This document shows positions 26,821 to 38,999 of a stretch of 64,000 nucleotides of DNA, piece by piece. The translations under genes and the position numbers were made by a program. The notes beneath the pieces are model-generated. The model was given only the letters and a program-made list of their open reading frames with translations, was not told the origin of the DNA and searched no databases. Source of the stretch: Octopus sinensis (Eukaryota); the NCBI RefSeq assembly GCF_006345805.1, contig NC_043023.1, positions 18,228,001-18,292,000 of the forward strand, in the 5' to 3' direction. Every line of letters starts with the position of its first letter. The first letter of the stretch is position 1.

Positions 26821-27649
26821 GTTTCCCTCCCAAAACCATTTCGACTTTTATAAAAGAATCTCACCTCTATTGTCCTTCATCATTCGTGAAACAGCAACCA
26901 AACACCTTGAAATTTATAAAGTTTTTGTTGTATAAAAGCAGGACACTTGACGAAGCGTCTCTCAAATATATTATCCTACAGGTGGTCGGGTAATATGCTA
27001 GAAATAACAGTTCAGTACACTATATTCCGCATTGCTTTTCATGAAAGATTGAAAGAGACTTTAAGAAGCATCCGGAGGAATTTTATCCAATTGGTGGTCA
27101 TACGTGATGCTAGAAATAACAGCCAAGTATATCAAAGTTTTGTGTTGTCACTCATATAAAAAATTAAGGGTACTTAGAAAATCCTCTCTCTTCCACCTCA
27201 GCATATATTAATATATCACCCCAAATCTAACCCGAATACCCCTAACCTCTAAGCCACTTGCCTTCACTCCAGCGACCACGCAAACTGTGTGATGATTGCA
27301 GGCAGAGCGAAAGGAAAAGTAAAGAATTGGAAATGTGAAAAAGCGAAATAAAAAACGAATCAGTGACGTGCAGTCGCAAACTGTACTAATTCCATTGATC
27401 AATGTTCGATATTTATCAATAATGTGTTATAAACACTATTTTATATTATTCTCACTCTTTTTAATAATAGGCATCATTCGCCATCGCTCCGTCCCTTTCT
27501 CTCCCTCCACATCCCGCTCGATGCTCTCTGAAGCGGCGTTCCATACAGATGTCCTCACATACGTTTCTCTCCTGAATAGGCAAACCATTGTTCCATCCGT
27601 CTCTTTGCCATTGCCGACCGACTTGTGTGTGTGTTTGTGTGTCCATATA

Positions 27650-27895
27650 TTGGGTTGGTGCATAATTATTGTTGCTTTTCTCAACAAATTTTATTCAACA
27701 ACATCAATAACATGTAACAAAAACATCTTTCAGTGATTATTCCGGAGCATATTCACCATCTACTTCAATAACTGCTTCCCGTTCGCTTGACAGACGGTCA
27801 GACCGTCATGTAAAGATGTTTTTGATAAGTATTTTTATTGTTTTTGTTGTATAATATTTGTTGAAAGAAGCCGCAATATTTATGCACCAACCCAA
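27650..27895. mobile_element. Mariner-derived MITE
   Basis: TA|TTGGGTTGGTGCATAA...TTATGCACCAACCCAA|TA terminal inverted repeats; 246 bp. Confidence 0.9.
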
Positions 27896-28706
27896 TATTT
27901 TACCTGACCCTTGAACTGAGCGTGACATGGATTAAAGTGAGGGAAGGTTGCACAATAGCATCTGGCTCACTCTCTCGTCCCTTCCTCTGTGATTTCAGTG
28001 GAAGGATGAAGTTAAGAAAACAACAGACAGGTGGCAGTTCACCCTCCACAAAGTTTGCGAGTCCTTTGAGCCTGTCTAGTGGTTCCCTCAGCACACTCCA
28101 CCGGTTCACATCCTTAGATAGACAAGCCCTAGTCCACCAATGGTTAAAGGCCGTGTGCTACCCTTACCATGGTTTAGCCAGCCTGTGGAAGCCGTGAGCC
28201 TGGGTGTGGATAATGTTGCATGCAGATAGCATTGATGAACCACAGGTGAGAGGTGGGAGTCACGGGAGGACCAAAGCGGACGGACTACTCCAAGGAGTTC
28301 TACATATGCTTTAACGTTTCAAGCAACGATTTTTCTTCAGAAACAGAAGAAAGTTTAATAGAAATGAAGACAGAGGAATAGAATCGCCAACGATTCACAT
28401 GTGGTTACATTTTGAAGAAATATACTATATATATATATATATATATAATGAAGGGTGAAATTAATTAATTTGAAAAATTATCAATTACACCAAGTAGTCT
28501 TCGGCAGTAAAAGCCTCATTCGAGGAAATTTAAGTATATAAGCAATAAGGGGTTAGCAACGAGTTGCTTACACATACCGAATTTAGAAATAGCAGTCAAA
28601 GGGTTATAGCTATTTCTTCTATAAAAAAGGGGATCTCAGTAAAAACAGCATTTAGGCACAAACACAGAGAATGAATTGACTGCAATCTATCATACATTTT
28701 TTTAGA

Positions 28707-28816
28707 TCCACGACGTACGTTTCGAAATCAAGTTTAGGAAAGCATACGATATTAATATTAAATATTAAATAATAAATAATTCTATCTTACCGAAACTTCT
28801 TTCTCTTCAGCGTAGA
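28707..28816 (-). ncRNA. Type I hammerhead ribozyme motif (minimal palindromic helix III)
   Basis: Minus strand TCTACG-CTGAAGA-[GAAA...TTTC]-GAAAC-GTAC-GTC-GTGGA; stem I needs one extra C, which is present in the sister copy. Confidence 0.7.
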
Positions 28817-29312
28817 ATACTATAATCATAAATGATTATATAGAATTTTGAGATCAGAAGGACTCCACTCAGTATCAGAGCGAGCTAGACGCAACTGTAT
28901 CAGAATTAATTTGTGAATGAAACGATTGTGCCAACAGCCCCTCCCCACCGCGTGTAGAAACAAGATGCTATGTCATCTATGAGATAAAATAGTATCGTAT
29001 ATATGAATGTGTAATTAATTTGGATTATCAATTACACCAAGTAGTCTTGGCATGTAAAAGCCTCATTCGAAAATTTAAGTAATGACGCAATAAGGGTTTG
29101 CAACGAGTTGCCTACCACATACCGAATTTAGAAATAGCAGTCAAGGGTAGCTAAAGGGTTTTTATCTCAGTAGATGACATAGCACTGGCTACACTGGGAA
29201 GGGGCTGTTGGCACAAGTTACAAATTGATTCTGTGATACCAGTTGCGGGTTCTAGCTCGTGATAAGATGCCTTCTATTCAAAAGTCAATATTATAATCAT
29301 TATGTATAGTAT

Positions 29313-29416
29313 TCTACGCTGAAGAGAAAAGAGTTTCGGTAGATAGAATTAGTATTATTTAATATTTAATATTTATTCGTAGCTTAAAACTTGATTTCGA
29401 AACGTACGTCCGGGAC
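29313..29416 (+). ncRNA. Type I hammerhead ribozyme motif
   Basis: TCTACG-CTGAAGA(29319-25)-long stem II-GAAAC(29399-403)-GTAC-GTC-CGGGA; stem I imperfect in this copy. Confidence 0.7.
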
Positions 29417-29590
29417 ATGTATGATAGATTGCAGTCAATTCACTAGTCCAAATGTGTTTTACTAGATCTCCTAGTAGAAGATAGCTATAACCTTGACTGC
29501 ATTTCTAAATTCGGTATGTGGTAAGGCAACTTGAAACCCTTATTCTTAGTATTACTTAATATATATATATTATATATATCTATATATATA

Positions 29591-30855
29591 CGAGGGGCGT
29601 GCAATAAGTAATGCCCCTGACCCACTTCCCATAGCAGTAGAGCAACGACACTTGGCACAGTTATTAGTCTTTTCCTACATAGGAACTACCCAGAGTTATG
29701 CATTTCTCACATCGTTTGATACAGCTCTGTAGACCATTTTTGTAGAAGACCCCAGCTTTGTCCTCTAACCACGACGTGACTTCAGAAATCAAGGCTGCAT
29801 CATCTGGGAAACGCTTTCCTTTCAAAATCAACTTCATGGCTGGGAAGAGGTGAAAATGAGAGGGTGCAAGGGGAGGAGTTCATAGCTGCACGCCTGTGCT
29901 TCTGATCTGGCGACACGCGAGTTGTGGACCGGAGCGTTGTCCTGCAGGAGGAGGATGCCTTTGCTGATCTTGCACCGCTTCTCGATTTTGATAGCTTCTC
30001 TTAATTTCCTCAAAAGGGAAGCATAATAGGCTCCTGTAATTGTGGTACCCTTTGCCAGGAAATCTGTCATCACTACTCCGTCCTGGTCCCAGAAGACTGT
30101 GAGCATAACCTTGTCAGCGGAGGGCTGCACCCTTGCCTTCTTTGGAGGAGGTGAGTCACGGTGCTTTCACTGCATTGACTGGGCTTTGGTCTATGGATCA
30201 TAGTGATAGACCCAGGTTTTATCCTGTGTGATCAGTCTTTTGAAAAATTTTGACTCATCTACTTGGCACATCTCCAAATTCATCCTCGAGCACTCAACGC
30301 GTTCTTGCTTCTGGAAAGGTGTGAGCAACCTTGAAATCCATCTGGCAGACACCTTTTGCATATGCAAATGGTCATGAATGATAGTTTCCACAGACCCGGT
30401 ACTAATCTTGACCTTATGGGCTATTAGGCGAATAGTTATGCGTTGACCTTCCAAAATGGCAGCCTCAACTTGACGGACAGGCGTTTCATCAACGGCAGAA
30501 GGGGGCGACCAGATCTGGGAGCTGTTTCCACAGAGTTCCGACTATGTTTGAATTCACAATGCCAGCGTTTTACAAGGTCATATGATGGGGCATCATCACC
30601 AAAAGTTCATTTCATATCATCAAAAGTCTCACGTGGTGTGCGTCCTTTCAAATACAAAAACCAGATCACTGCTCGACACTCAACAGGCTCCATTTCACAC
30701 TTGTCTCAGTTCAAACACCTGTAAATCAGAAACCACAATTAGTTCAGAGCTGTAATTCGCCACTTGATCTATAGAGGTATAAATAAGTGCACATGCAAAT
30801 TTTAGATCAAACAATTGCAAGTGAGTCAGGGGCATTACTTATTGAACGCACCTCG
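29591..30855 (-). mobile_element. Full-length mariner with disrupted transposase
   Basis: 31 bp TIRs CGAGGGGCGTGCAATAAGTAATGCCCCTGAC; TA flanks; 1265 bp. Transposase 30693->29664: MEPVECRAVI, YGDDAPSY, ARWISRLLT, ITQDKTWVYHYDP, LQDNAPVH, KCITLGSSYVGKD; frameshifted and the YSPDLAP motif is lost. Confidence 0.95.
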
Positions 30856-30980
30856 TATATATATATATAATATATATATATATAATATATATATATATAT
30901 AATATATATATATATATTATATATATATATAGATATATATATATATATATATATAGATAGATAGATATATATATTTATAG

Positions 30981-31051
<71 letters not shown>

Positions 31052-31535
31052 TAAGCAATAAAGGGTTTAGCAACGAATTGCCTTACCACATACCGAATTT
31101 AGAAATAGCAGTCAAAGAGTTATAGCTATTTCTTCTACTAAAAAGGGGGAGATCTCAGTAAAAACAGCAATTTTTTACTGAGATCCCCCTTTTTAGTAGA
31201 AGAAATAGCTATAACTCTTTGACTGCTATTTCTAAATTCGGTATGTGGTAAGGCAATTCGTTGCTAAACCCTTTATTGCTTAGTATTACTTAAATTTTCC
31301 TCGAATGAGGCTTTTACATGCCGAAGACTACTTGGTGTAATTGATAATTATTCCAAATTAATTAATTTCACCTTCATTATATATATATATATATATATAT
31401 ATAGTTGAATATCCTAAACTATGAATATTATTATTGTTGGTGGTGGTGGTGGTGTTGTTGCTGTTGTTGTTATTATTATTATCTATAATAATTTCTATCT
31501 GTATGCCTCTCTCTCCCAATCGTTCTCCCTCTCTA

Positions 31536-31640
<105 letters not shown>

Positions 31641-31805
31641 AAATCAAATTGCGATAAAATAAAAAATAATTATAATCGCTGGTATTACTAACACAAGCCA
31701 TATATTTTTCATATATCAGTACATTAAGGCGAAATATGTGCTAGGAATACAGAAGCTTGATAAATTAAGTGAAATGAAGATAAAAACATTTACTAAACCG
31801 GTAAT

Positions 31806-31877
31806 TCTCAGACTGCAGTTTCTTTCTTTTCAGCAATAAAGATAATTTATTTGCTCAGGGAGAATTCTTCAGTGAGA
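31806..31877 (-). ncRNA. Type I hammerhead ribozyme, copy 1
   Basis: Minus strand TCTCA-CTGAAGA-[stem II]-GAAAC-TGCA-GTC^TGAGA; stem I TCTCA/TGAGA is perfect; predicted cut at 31811/31810. Confidence 0.85.
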
Positions 31878-32202
31878 CCCTGTTTTTCTGGGATCCTAAC
31901 TCACTAGAAGCATGTGCGTCTAATGATTTACTCTCCCTAACTAATCATATCACTGCGCAGACTCCGAACGTCCCGACAAAACTAGGGAATTCTGGTATAT
32001 CGCCTGGCGCTCGTAATTTATCGAGAAATATGTAAACAAATCAAATTGCGATAAAATAAAAAATAATTATAATCGCTGGTATTACTAACACAAGCCATAT
32101 ATTTTTCATATATCAGTACATTAAGGCGAAATATGTGCTAGGAATACAGAAGCTTGATAAATTAAGTGAAATGAAGATAAAAACATTTACTAAACCGGTA
32201 AT

Positions 32203-32274
32203 TCTCAGACTGCAGTTTCTTTCTTTTCAGCAATAAAGATAATTTATTTGCTCAGGGAGAATTCTTCAGTGAGA
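32203..32274 (-). ncRNA. Type I hammerhead ribozyme, copy 2
   Basis: Identical motif 397 bp from copy 1; predicted cut at 32208/32207. Confidence 0.85.
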
Positions 32275-32597
32275 CCCTGTTTTTCTGGGATCCTAACTCA
32301 CTAGAAGCATGTGCGTCTAATGATTTACTCTCCTAACTAATCATATCACTGCGCAGACTCCGAACGTCCCGACAACACTAGGGAATTCTGGTATATCGCC
32401 TGGCGCTCATAATTTATCGAGAAATATGTAAACAAATCAAATTGCGATAAAATAAAAATAATTATAATCGCTGGTATTACTAACAGAAGCCATATATTTT
32501 TCATATATCAGTACATTAAGGCGAAATATGTGCTAGGAATACAGAAGCTTGATAAATTAAGTGAAATGAAGATAAAAACATTTACTAAACCGGTAAT

Positions 32598-32669
32598 TCT
32601 CAGACTGCAGTTTCTTTCTTTTCAGCAATAAAGATAATTTATTTGCTCAGGGAGAATTCTTCAGTGAGA
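32598..32669 (-). ncRNA. Type I hammerhead ribozyme, copy 3
   Basis: Identical motif; predicted cut at 32603/32602. Confidence 0.85.
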
Positions 32670-33107
32670 CCCTGTTTTTCTGGGATCCTAACTCACTAGA
32701 AGCATGTGCGTCTAATGATTTACTCTCCCTAACTAATCATATCACTGCGCAGACTCCGAACGTCCCGACAACACTAGGGAATTCTGGTATATCGCCTGGC
32801 GCTCGTAATTTATCGAGAAATATGTAAACAAATCAAATTGCGATAAAATAAAAATAATTATAATCGCTGGTATTACTAACACAAGCCATATATTTTTCAT
32901 ATATCAGTACATTAAGGCGAAATATGTGCTAGGAATACAGAGGCTTGATAAATTAAGTGAAATGAAGATATATATATATATAGGGAGAGAGATAGTTAGG
33001 AAAGTAGGTAGGTACATAGACAGATAGACAAATAGACAGATAGACATTGATAGACAGATTGATAGATAGATAGATAGATATATATAGATAGATGGATAGA
33101 TGTATAG

Positions 33108-33142
<35 letters not shown>

Positions 33143-33143
33143 T

Positions 33144-33191
<48 letters not shown>

Positions 33192-33299
33192 GAAGAATAA
33201 AGACAAGTAGTGTGTATGTTCATGCATTTCTTGTGATCCTGTATAAATAGCAGGCAATAAGAAAAGAAAATCCAAAAAGAAGAAAAACAAACACAAAAA

Positions 33300-36200
33300 A
33301 AGACAACACTGCGAGGACGTGGTACCGGTGTCTGAGGTGTGTTGTTGGGCTGCTGATGGGTGGTTGGTGCCCGTTGGGGTGTTGATTCTGTGGGTGTTGT
33401 CACCGATGCAAAATGTGTTGTACACGTTGTCCTCGACAGCTTTGGTGTTGGGCGGATGTGGGCCCTGTTGCGTCTCAGCTGCCTACCAGATTCCGTTTCT
33501 ATTATATACGGTCTTGGGTTTTCAGCTCTACTGACAACCTGTGCTGGGATCCATGTTTTAGTTATGGCATCTTGAGAATGCACATGTTGTCCTCCAAGTA
33601 TCTCAGGTAAGTATTGTGCATGTTTGTTGTAATATTTCTGTGATTGTTCTTGAGTGGCAGCTAGCTTTGCTCTTGTCTCATCCTGGTCAATAGGAGGTTA
33701 GATTAGATCTTGGTCGGCAGAGTAGTTTTGTACTTCCTGCCATTCAGCAATTCTGCTGGGGATTTCATGTCAGCTCTGAGTGGTGTCGCTCGTAGGGACA
33801 GAAATGCCAGGTGTGAGTATTCCTTAGTCTCTCCGTATTTGACTAGTGTTCTCTTCACTGTCTGCACCTGTCTTGCTATAAACCCATGACCTTTGGGGTA
33901 GTGTGGAAATGAGGTTGTAATATTGAACCCATACTCATCGGCTAGCTTTTTGAATTCTTGCGATGTGAACTGGGTTCCATTGTCACATATGATCTGCACT
34001 GGTATTCCTTGCTCTGCTAGAATTCCTCGAGCCACTGTAGTGATTGTTTTGGCTCTCAGGTCTTTCACTTTTCTCGGAAATGGAAATTTGGAGTGGTAGT
34101 ATTCTTGGCTTCCCGTGAACAGATCTACTCCAATAGTGGCCATGGCCTTCTTGGGATGTCACTAGATATCATTTCCTCCTTTTGTTGGGATTTTCTGTAC
34201 TTTTGACAGATATGGCATGTAGAAACTGTCTTTTCTATGTCTTTGTACATGCCTACCCAATATACTGCTGACTTGGCTCGGAGCTTGCATTTCTCCCTTC
34301 CTAGATGCCCTTGCGGGTGAGGGCGCGTGGCTTAGTGGTTAGGGCATTCGGCTCATGATCGTAAGGTTGTGAGTTCGATTCCCGGCGACGCGTTGTGTCC
34401 TTGAGCAAGACACTTTATTTCACGTTGCTCCAGTCCACTCAGCTGGCAAAAATGAGTTGTACTTGTATTTCAAAGGGTCAGCCTTGTCACTCTCTGTGTC
34501 ACGCTGATTATCCCCGAGAACTACGTTAAGGATACACGTGTCTGTGGAATGCTCAGCCATTTGCACGTTAATTTCACGAGCAAGCTGTTCCGTTGATCGT
34601 ATCAGCTGGGACCCTCGTCGTCGTAACCGGCGGAGTAGTAGAGAGAAGATGCCCTTGGTGGATCTTGTCAAGAATCTCTTTTTGCATTAACTTGGGTATG
34701 ATTATTCGGGATCCAGCCATCAGGATTCCATTCTCCACTGATATATCTTCATGGATGGCCCAATATTCACGAATGAGGGGCTGCACCTGGCGTCTCTTTT
34801 CTGGCCACCCCTGAATCACCATCTGAGTAAGGAGCTGGTGTTCCTCATCTTTGCTGGTCCTCTCTTTGATTTCTGCTAGCTTTGTAGTTGTTACATTTAC
34901 AATGTGGTGGACCTTTATGCTTAGTCCTTCCATCTCCTGTTTATCATGTGAGGATAGTCTGGAAAGAGCATCCGCCAATATCAGGACTTTTCCTGGCTTT
35001 ACCTGATATCGTAGTCGTATGTTTGAAGCCTTAACAGTAATCTTTGCAGTCTGGCTGGTGCTTTCGTGAGGTTTTTTCTATGTATTTGTTTTAGCGGGCG
35101 ATCGTCTGATTCAATATTTAAACGTCTGCCATACAGGTATGTATGGAACTTTCCACATCCATATACTACTGCCAGTAGTTCCTTTCAATATTTGCGTACC
35201 TTGTCTCTGTGGGTGAGAAAGCTTTCGAGGCATATGCAATGGGTTTACCTTCCTGTACCAGTGCTGCCCAACTCCTAACATAGAAGCGTCGACTTGGAGT
35301 ATTACTGGTTTGCGTCTGTCATAGTATTGCAGAGTCGTCTCCTTACTGATGAGCTTTTTGATTGCTTTGAAATCCTGTGTGTGTGAAGCACACCAATCAA
35401 ACTCTACGTCATCTTTGTTTAGTTCTCGGAGATTTGCAGTGTGATCGGCCAGCTTGGGTATGAAGGCTCCCATCTAGTAGATGAATCCCAGGAAGCTCCT
35501 GAGTTCCTTTTTGTCTTTGGGTTCTTTGATGTCTCTGATGGCTTCCACTTTAGCTGGGTCTGGTTTAACTCCCTCTGCAGAGTATATACTTCCAAAGAAT
35601 TTGCACCCCTTTGCTTTTATCACACACTTGCCTGCATTGAGTTTGATACCTGCTTGTCGGGTTTTTCTAGATAGTTTCATGTAAATGGAAGTCACGTGTG
35701 GTCTCATCCTTGCCATGCACTTGGATGTCATCTGCTATCCCAATTGCTCCCTTGCAGCCTTGGTAGGTCTCATCTATTTGGCGCAGGAAAACATCTTGGC
35801 TCACCTTCAATCCAAATGGGAGTCTGTTGAATCGATATCTGCCAAATGTTGTGTTGAAGGTAGTGAGCATGGATGACTCTTTGTCTATCTTTACATTCCA
35901 GTACCCATTACTGGCATCCAGTTAGCTGAATAATTTGGATCCAGCCAATGAGGGTGTGATTTCTTCAAGGGTTGGAATTGGATGGTACTTGGGTCGAGGC
36001 ATATCCGTAGGGTACCATTGGGGTTTTCCTTGATTACAATTGAATTCACCCTGTCTGTTGGTCGTGTCACTTTGGTGATTACTTCTTTTTCTTCCATTCT
36101 GTCGAACTCTGCCTTCAGCTTCTCTTTTGGTTCTAGAGCGACGCGGCGAGGTGGGTGAACAATTGGTTTGATATTAGGGTCGACTGTTATATGGTATCGA

Positions 36201-37948
36201 CATTTCGCAAAGCACCCGACTGTATCATCAAAGCATTCAGGGTACATGCTTATCAGTTCCTCTTTGTTTGTGATTGGCGGTCGGTCTTTGATAGGAATAT
36301 CTTTGTCAATCCTGCTTGGAGCTGCCTTCATTTCACCATTGATTGACACAATATTTAGCTTTTTGCAGGTATTGAGTCCAAAAATTGCTGGTCCCTCTGT
36401 TCTTGTGACATAAAAAGAACACTTGATTGTTTTTCCTTTGTGTGTCCCTGTGATTGTTGTTTTACCCAGTTGTGGAATCCTGGTACCTCCGTACGCAGTG
36501 AGGATTACATCACTTGGTGTGAGAATTCCTTCTTTGACTTTATCATCTTGTGTTCTGGGAACATCTTTTTGTAGAGGTTGACAGGCAAGGTATCACTCTG
36601 GGCTCCAGTGTCAATCTTTAGCCTTAAGTCAATGTTTATTCGTTTCTTGCCAGTCTTCTTTTGTATTCGTATCGTTGTGTATGCCTTATTTTTTTTCTGG
36701 TCGTCATTCCAATCTCATGCACATTTATTTTGCCGATTGCCAAGAATTCCTCTTCTGATGTGTTTTGTTCTTGTTGTTGGGCATGTATAGCTCTTTGTTT
36801 TCTATTTCCGCTCCCCTTTGAATATTGGGGCTTGTTTTTCAGGGATTTTGTTATCCTACACATTTTTTCCCAGTGGTTGCGTTTTCCACTGTGCTTTGCA
36901 GTGTGCACCGAATGCAGGACATTTCTTCCGGTTATTGAACTCATGCTCCATACCACAGTACTGGCATGTTCTTTGTTTGCGGGTATGTTTCGTCCTATGC
37001 CTAGATACAATATCTACACTGCTGCCTAGTGCGCTTGTTTGTAAAGTAAGTGAGGCCATTTGTTTGGTAGTGGCTTCGAATGTTCTTGCAGTGTCTACTG
37101 TTTCTATCAACTTGAGAGCGTCCTTACCTTTGAGGGATTTCTGAACTTCTTTATGAGCACACCCTCATATTAATTGATCAACAATTCTTTCATCCTTATC
37201 TTTGAATTTGCATTTTTCGGCAACATTCTTTAGTCTGGACAGGAAATTGTCAATCGTTTCTTGTGGATCTTGTTTCAGGCCCGGGAATTCGTATCTGTGA
37301 ATTCTATGATTTGATCTGGGCTCTAGGTGCCTTTCAAATTTCTCTAAAAGTGTGTCTGAGTTACTGCAAACCCATTCTGACATGTCCCAGCTATTGAATA
37401 GGTCTAAGCCCTCTCTCTCGTCCATAAACGGATGTAGCTTACCTTTTCATCGGCGGTTGTACATATCAGGAAACTTTTGAAAGCCAGTTGAGTTTTCTGT
37501 TTGAATTTCTTAAACGCTTCCACGATATCATCGGAGTCCCTGTTCATGGTTGGATGTAAATTCATCTGTACTGTGACGAGTGTCGACATCTTGGAACCTC
37601 GTGTATGTGTGTCCGAAGACGAAGCGATGTTTTGTTTGTTAAATTTCTGGTTCATTGTGTTTCTGTTTTGTTGTAAAGGCACAGTTTCCGATTAATTATT
37701 TACCGATGCCAGCATGTTATGTGTCGTTTCGTTCTAATGGGTGATAGACAACTCAAATGAGGGCATTGTTATCGTTTTACGTGTTTATTTGTTTTACATG
37801 TTACACGAACTGTCCGACATTCAGCGTAGTAATATTTATATACTTTAGACACAGTTCGTACTGTTTACTAATAAAATAGTGCCAAAGTGGGGATGTATTC
37901 TACATACGTATGCCTACGTATACAAATATATATGAATGTGTAACAACA
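33300..37948 (-). mobile_element. Ty3/gypsy LTR retrotransposon, decayed, 3' LTR missing
   Basis: Domain order: gag (CQYCGMEH...CPAFGAHC), protease (KIDTGAQSDTL), RT (FGRYRFNRLPFGL, IADDIQVHG), RNase H (LQVDAS), integrase (IHQGHL, IICDNGTQFTSQEF, LRRNRAHIRP). Many frameshifts. Candidate 5' LTR at 37715-~37948. Confidence 0.95.
34314..34646 (+). mobile_element. SINE family B inserted in the gypsy integrase
   Basis: Intact A and B boxes; 11 bp TSD AGATGCCCTTG at 34303-34313 and 34647-34657. Confidence 0.95.
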
Positions 37949-38219
37949 ATCAATAAGTCTAAATTTATTCGTGCATGGAAACAAATACAACAGTTGTTGA
38001 TAACAGCTTCCCCGCATTATATTTTACATCACTCCATCTATATCTACGTTCTTGAGATAACTTAGTGGAGGGAGGAAGTGAGAGAGTGTGTGACTGTATA
38101 TCTGAAAGGAAGCATTTTGAACAGGAGACAAAGAGAAAAGGAAAAGAATATATATTTCTATGTAGGTGGCTAGAACAGATGCTTACTTTGGTTGGGCCAG
38201 CTCACCAGGGGATGTGAAA

Positions 38220-38680
38220 GAAAAATATTTCCAAAGTGAAAGATCTCGAATCTTCCTTGTCCACATGTTTCCAAGTGTTTACTTAGTAGAATTTTTTGTA
38301 GCTCTCCCTGTTGGATATGTTGTCTGTGAATTCTGGCTCGTTTGCATAAAGAATCACCAGTTTCACCTATATAGTTCTCATTGCACGTGGGTCAGTTTAT
38401 GCAATATATTAAATTCTACGTCTTGCATTTCATGTTTGCATTTTCTTTAAATGTGTGTCCATTCTTAAATTTGATTTGGTTGTTTCTCTCTATATATTTG
38501 TAGATGGCGTTACTGCAGATCCCACATCTACCATCTCCACATTCTTTCACGAAGAATTCGGTTTCATTCTCTGATGAGAATTTTGCTCTTGTCAGTTGGT
38601 TTTTCAGCTTTTTCTCTTGGCGTTTACTGTTTCTTATGCAGTATTTGTTTAATAAGTTTCTTATTTCCTTCCCTTCTATA
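38220..38680 (-). pseudogene. Penelope-like element GIY-YIG endonuclease fragment
   Basis: Minus strand CGDGRCGIC...MKCKT*NLIYCIN*PTCNENYIGETGDSLCKRARIHRQHI...KHLETC: Cys-rich linker plus LIY...YIGET...R...H motif. Confidence 0.88.
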
Positions 38681-38999
38681 AATGCCCAAGGAATGACACC
38701 TTCTTCAGAAAAAATATGGAACAACACTTCATAGCAAAATTCTCCCCGAAATTCAATGGCTGAAAATATGCAAATCACATCAACTTCCTTATAAACCCAT
38801 ATGAATCCCTAAGATATATGCATAAGTGTGTGTGTGTATGTATATACATAAATAGAAACATTCTTGCATCCGGATTTCCAACCCATACCAACTTGGGAAC
38901 CAAGCATTGGACAATGATGATAATGATGATAATAAGTACAGACAATTTTTTGAAAAATAACTTTCATTATTCATAATCAAAACAGACCCCACCTTACAG

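Larger units (their letters stand above)
28445..31380. mobile_element. Composite hammerhead-bearing element (~550 bp unit, direct and inverted copies) with a nested mariner
   Basis: Unit restarts at ~29012 and is inverted at 29160-29560; palindromic piece at 31051-31380; outer ends ATAATGAAGGGTGAAATTAATTAATTTG and CAAATTAATTAATTTCACCTTCATTAT are inverted; flanked by (TA)n. Confidence 0.8.

Noticed and set aside
24876-26935. Long 327-459 aa F/L/S-rich ORFs (and paralogs at 60589-62589) that look like membrane proteins
   Set aside because: They are open in several frames only because a C/T tract lacks stop codons; the two copies differ by frameshifting indels.
34321-34390. tRNA gene calls at SINE heads
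   Set aside because: A and B boxes are present, but they continue into SINE bodies with TSDs and no full cloverleaf was evident.
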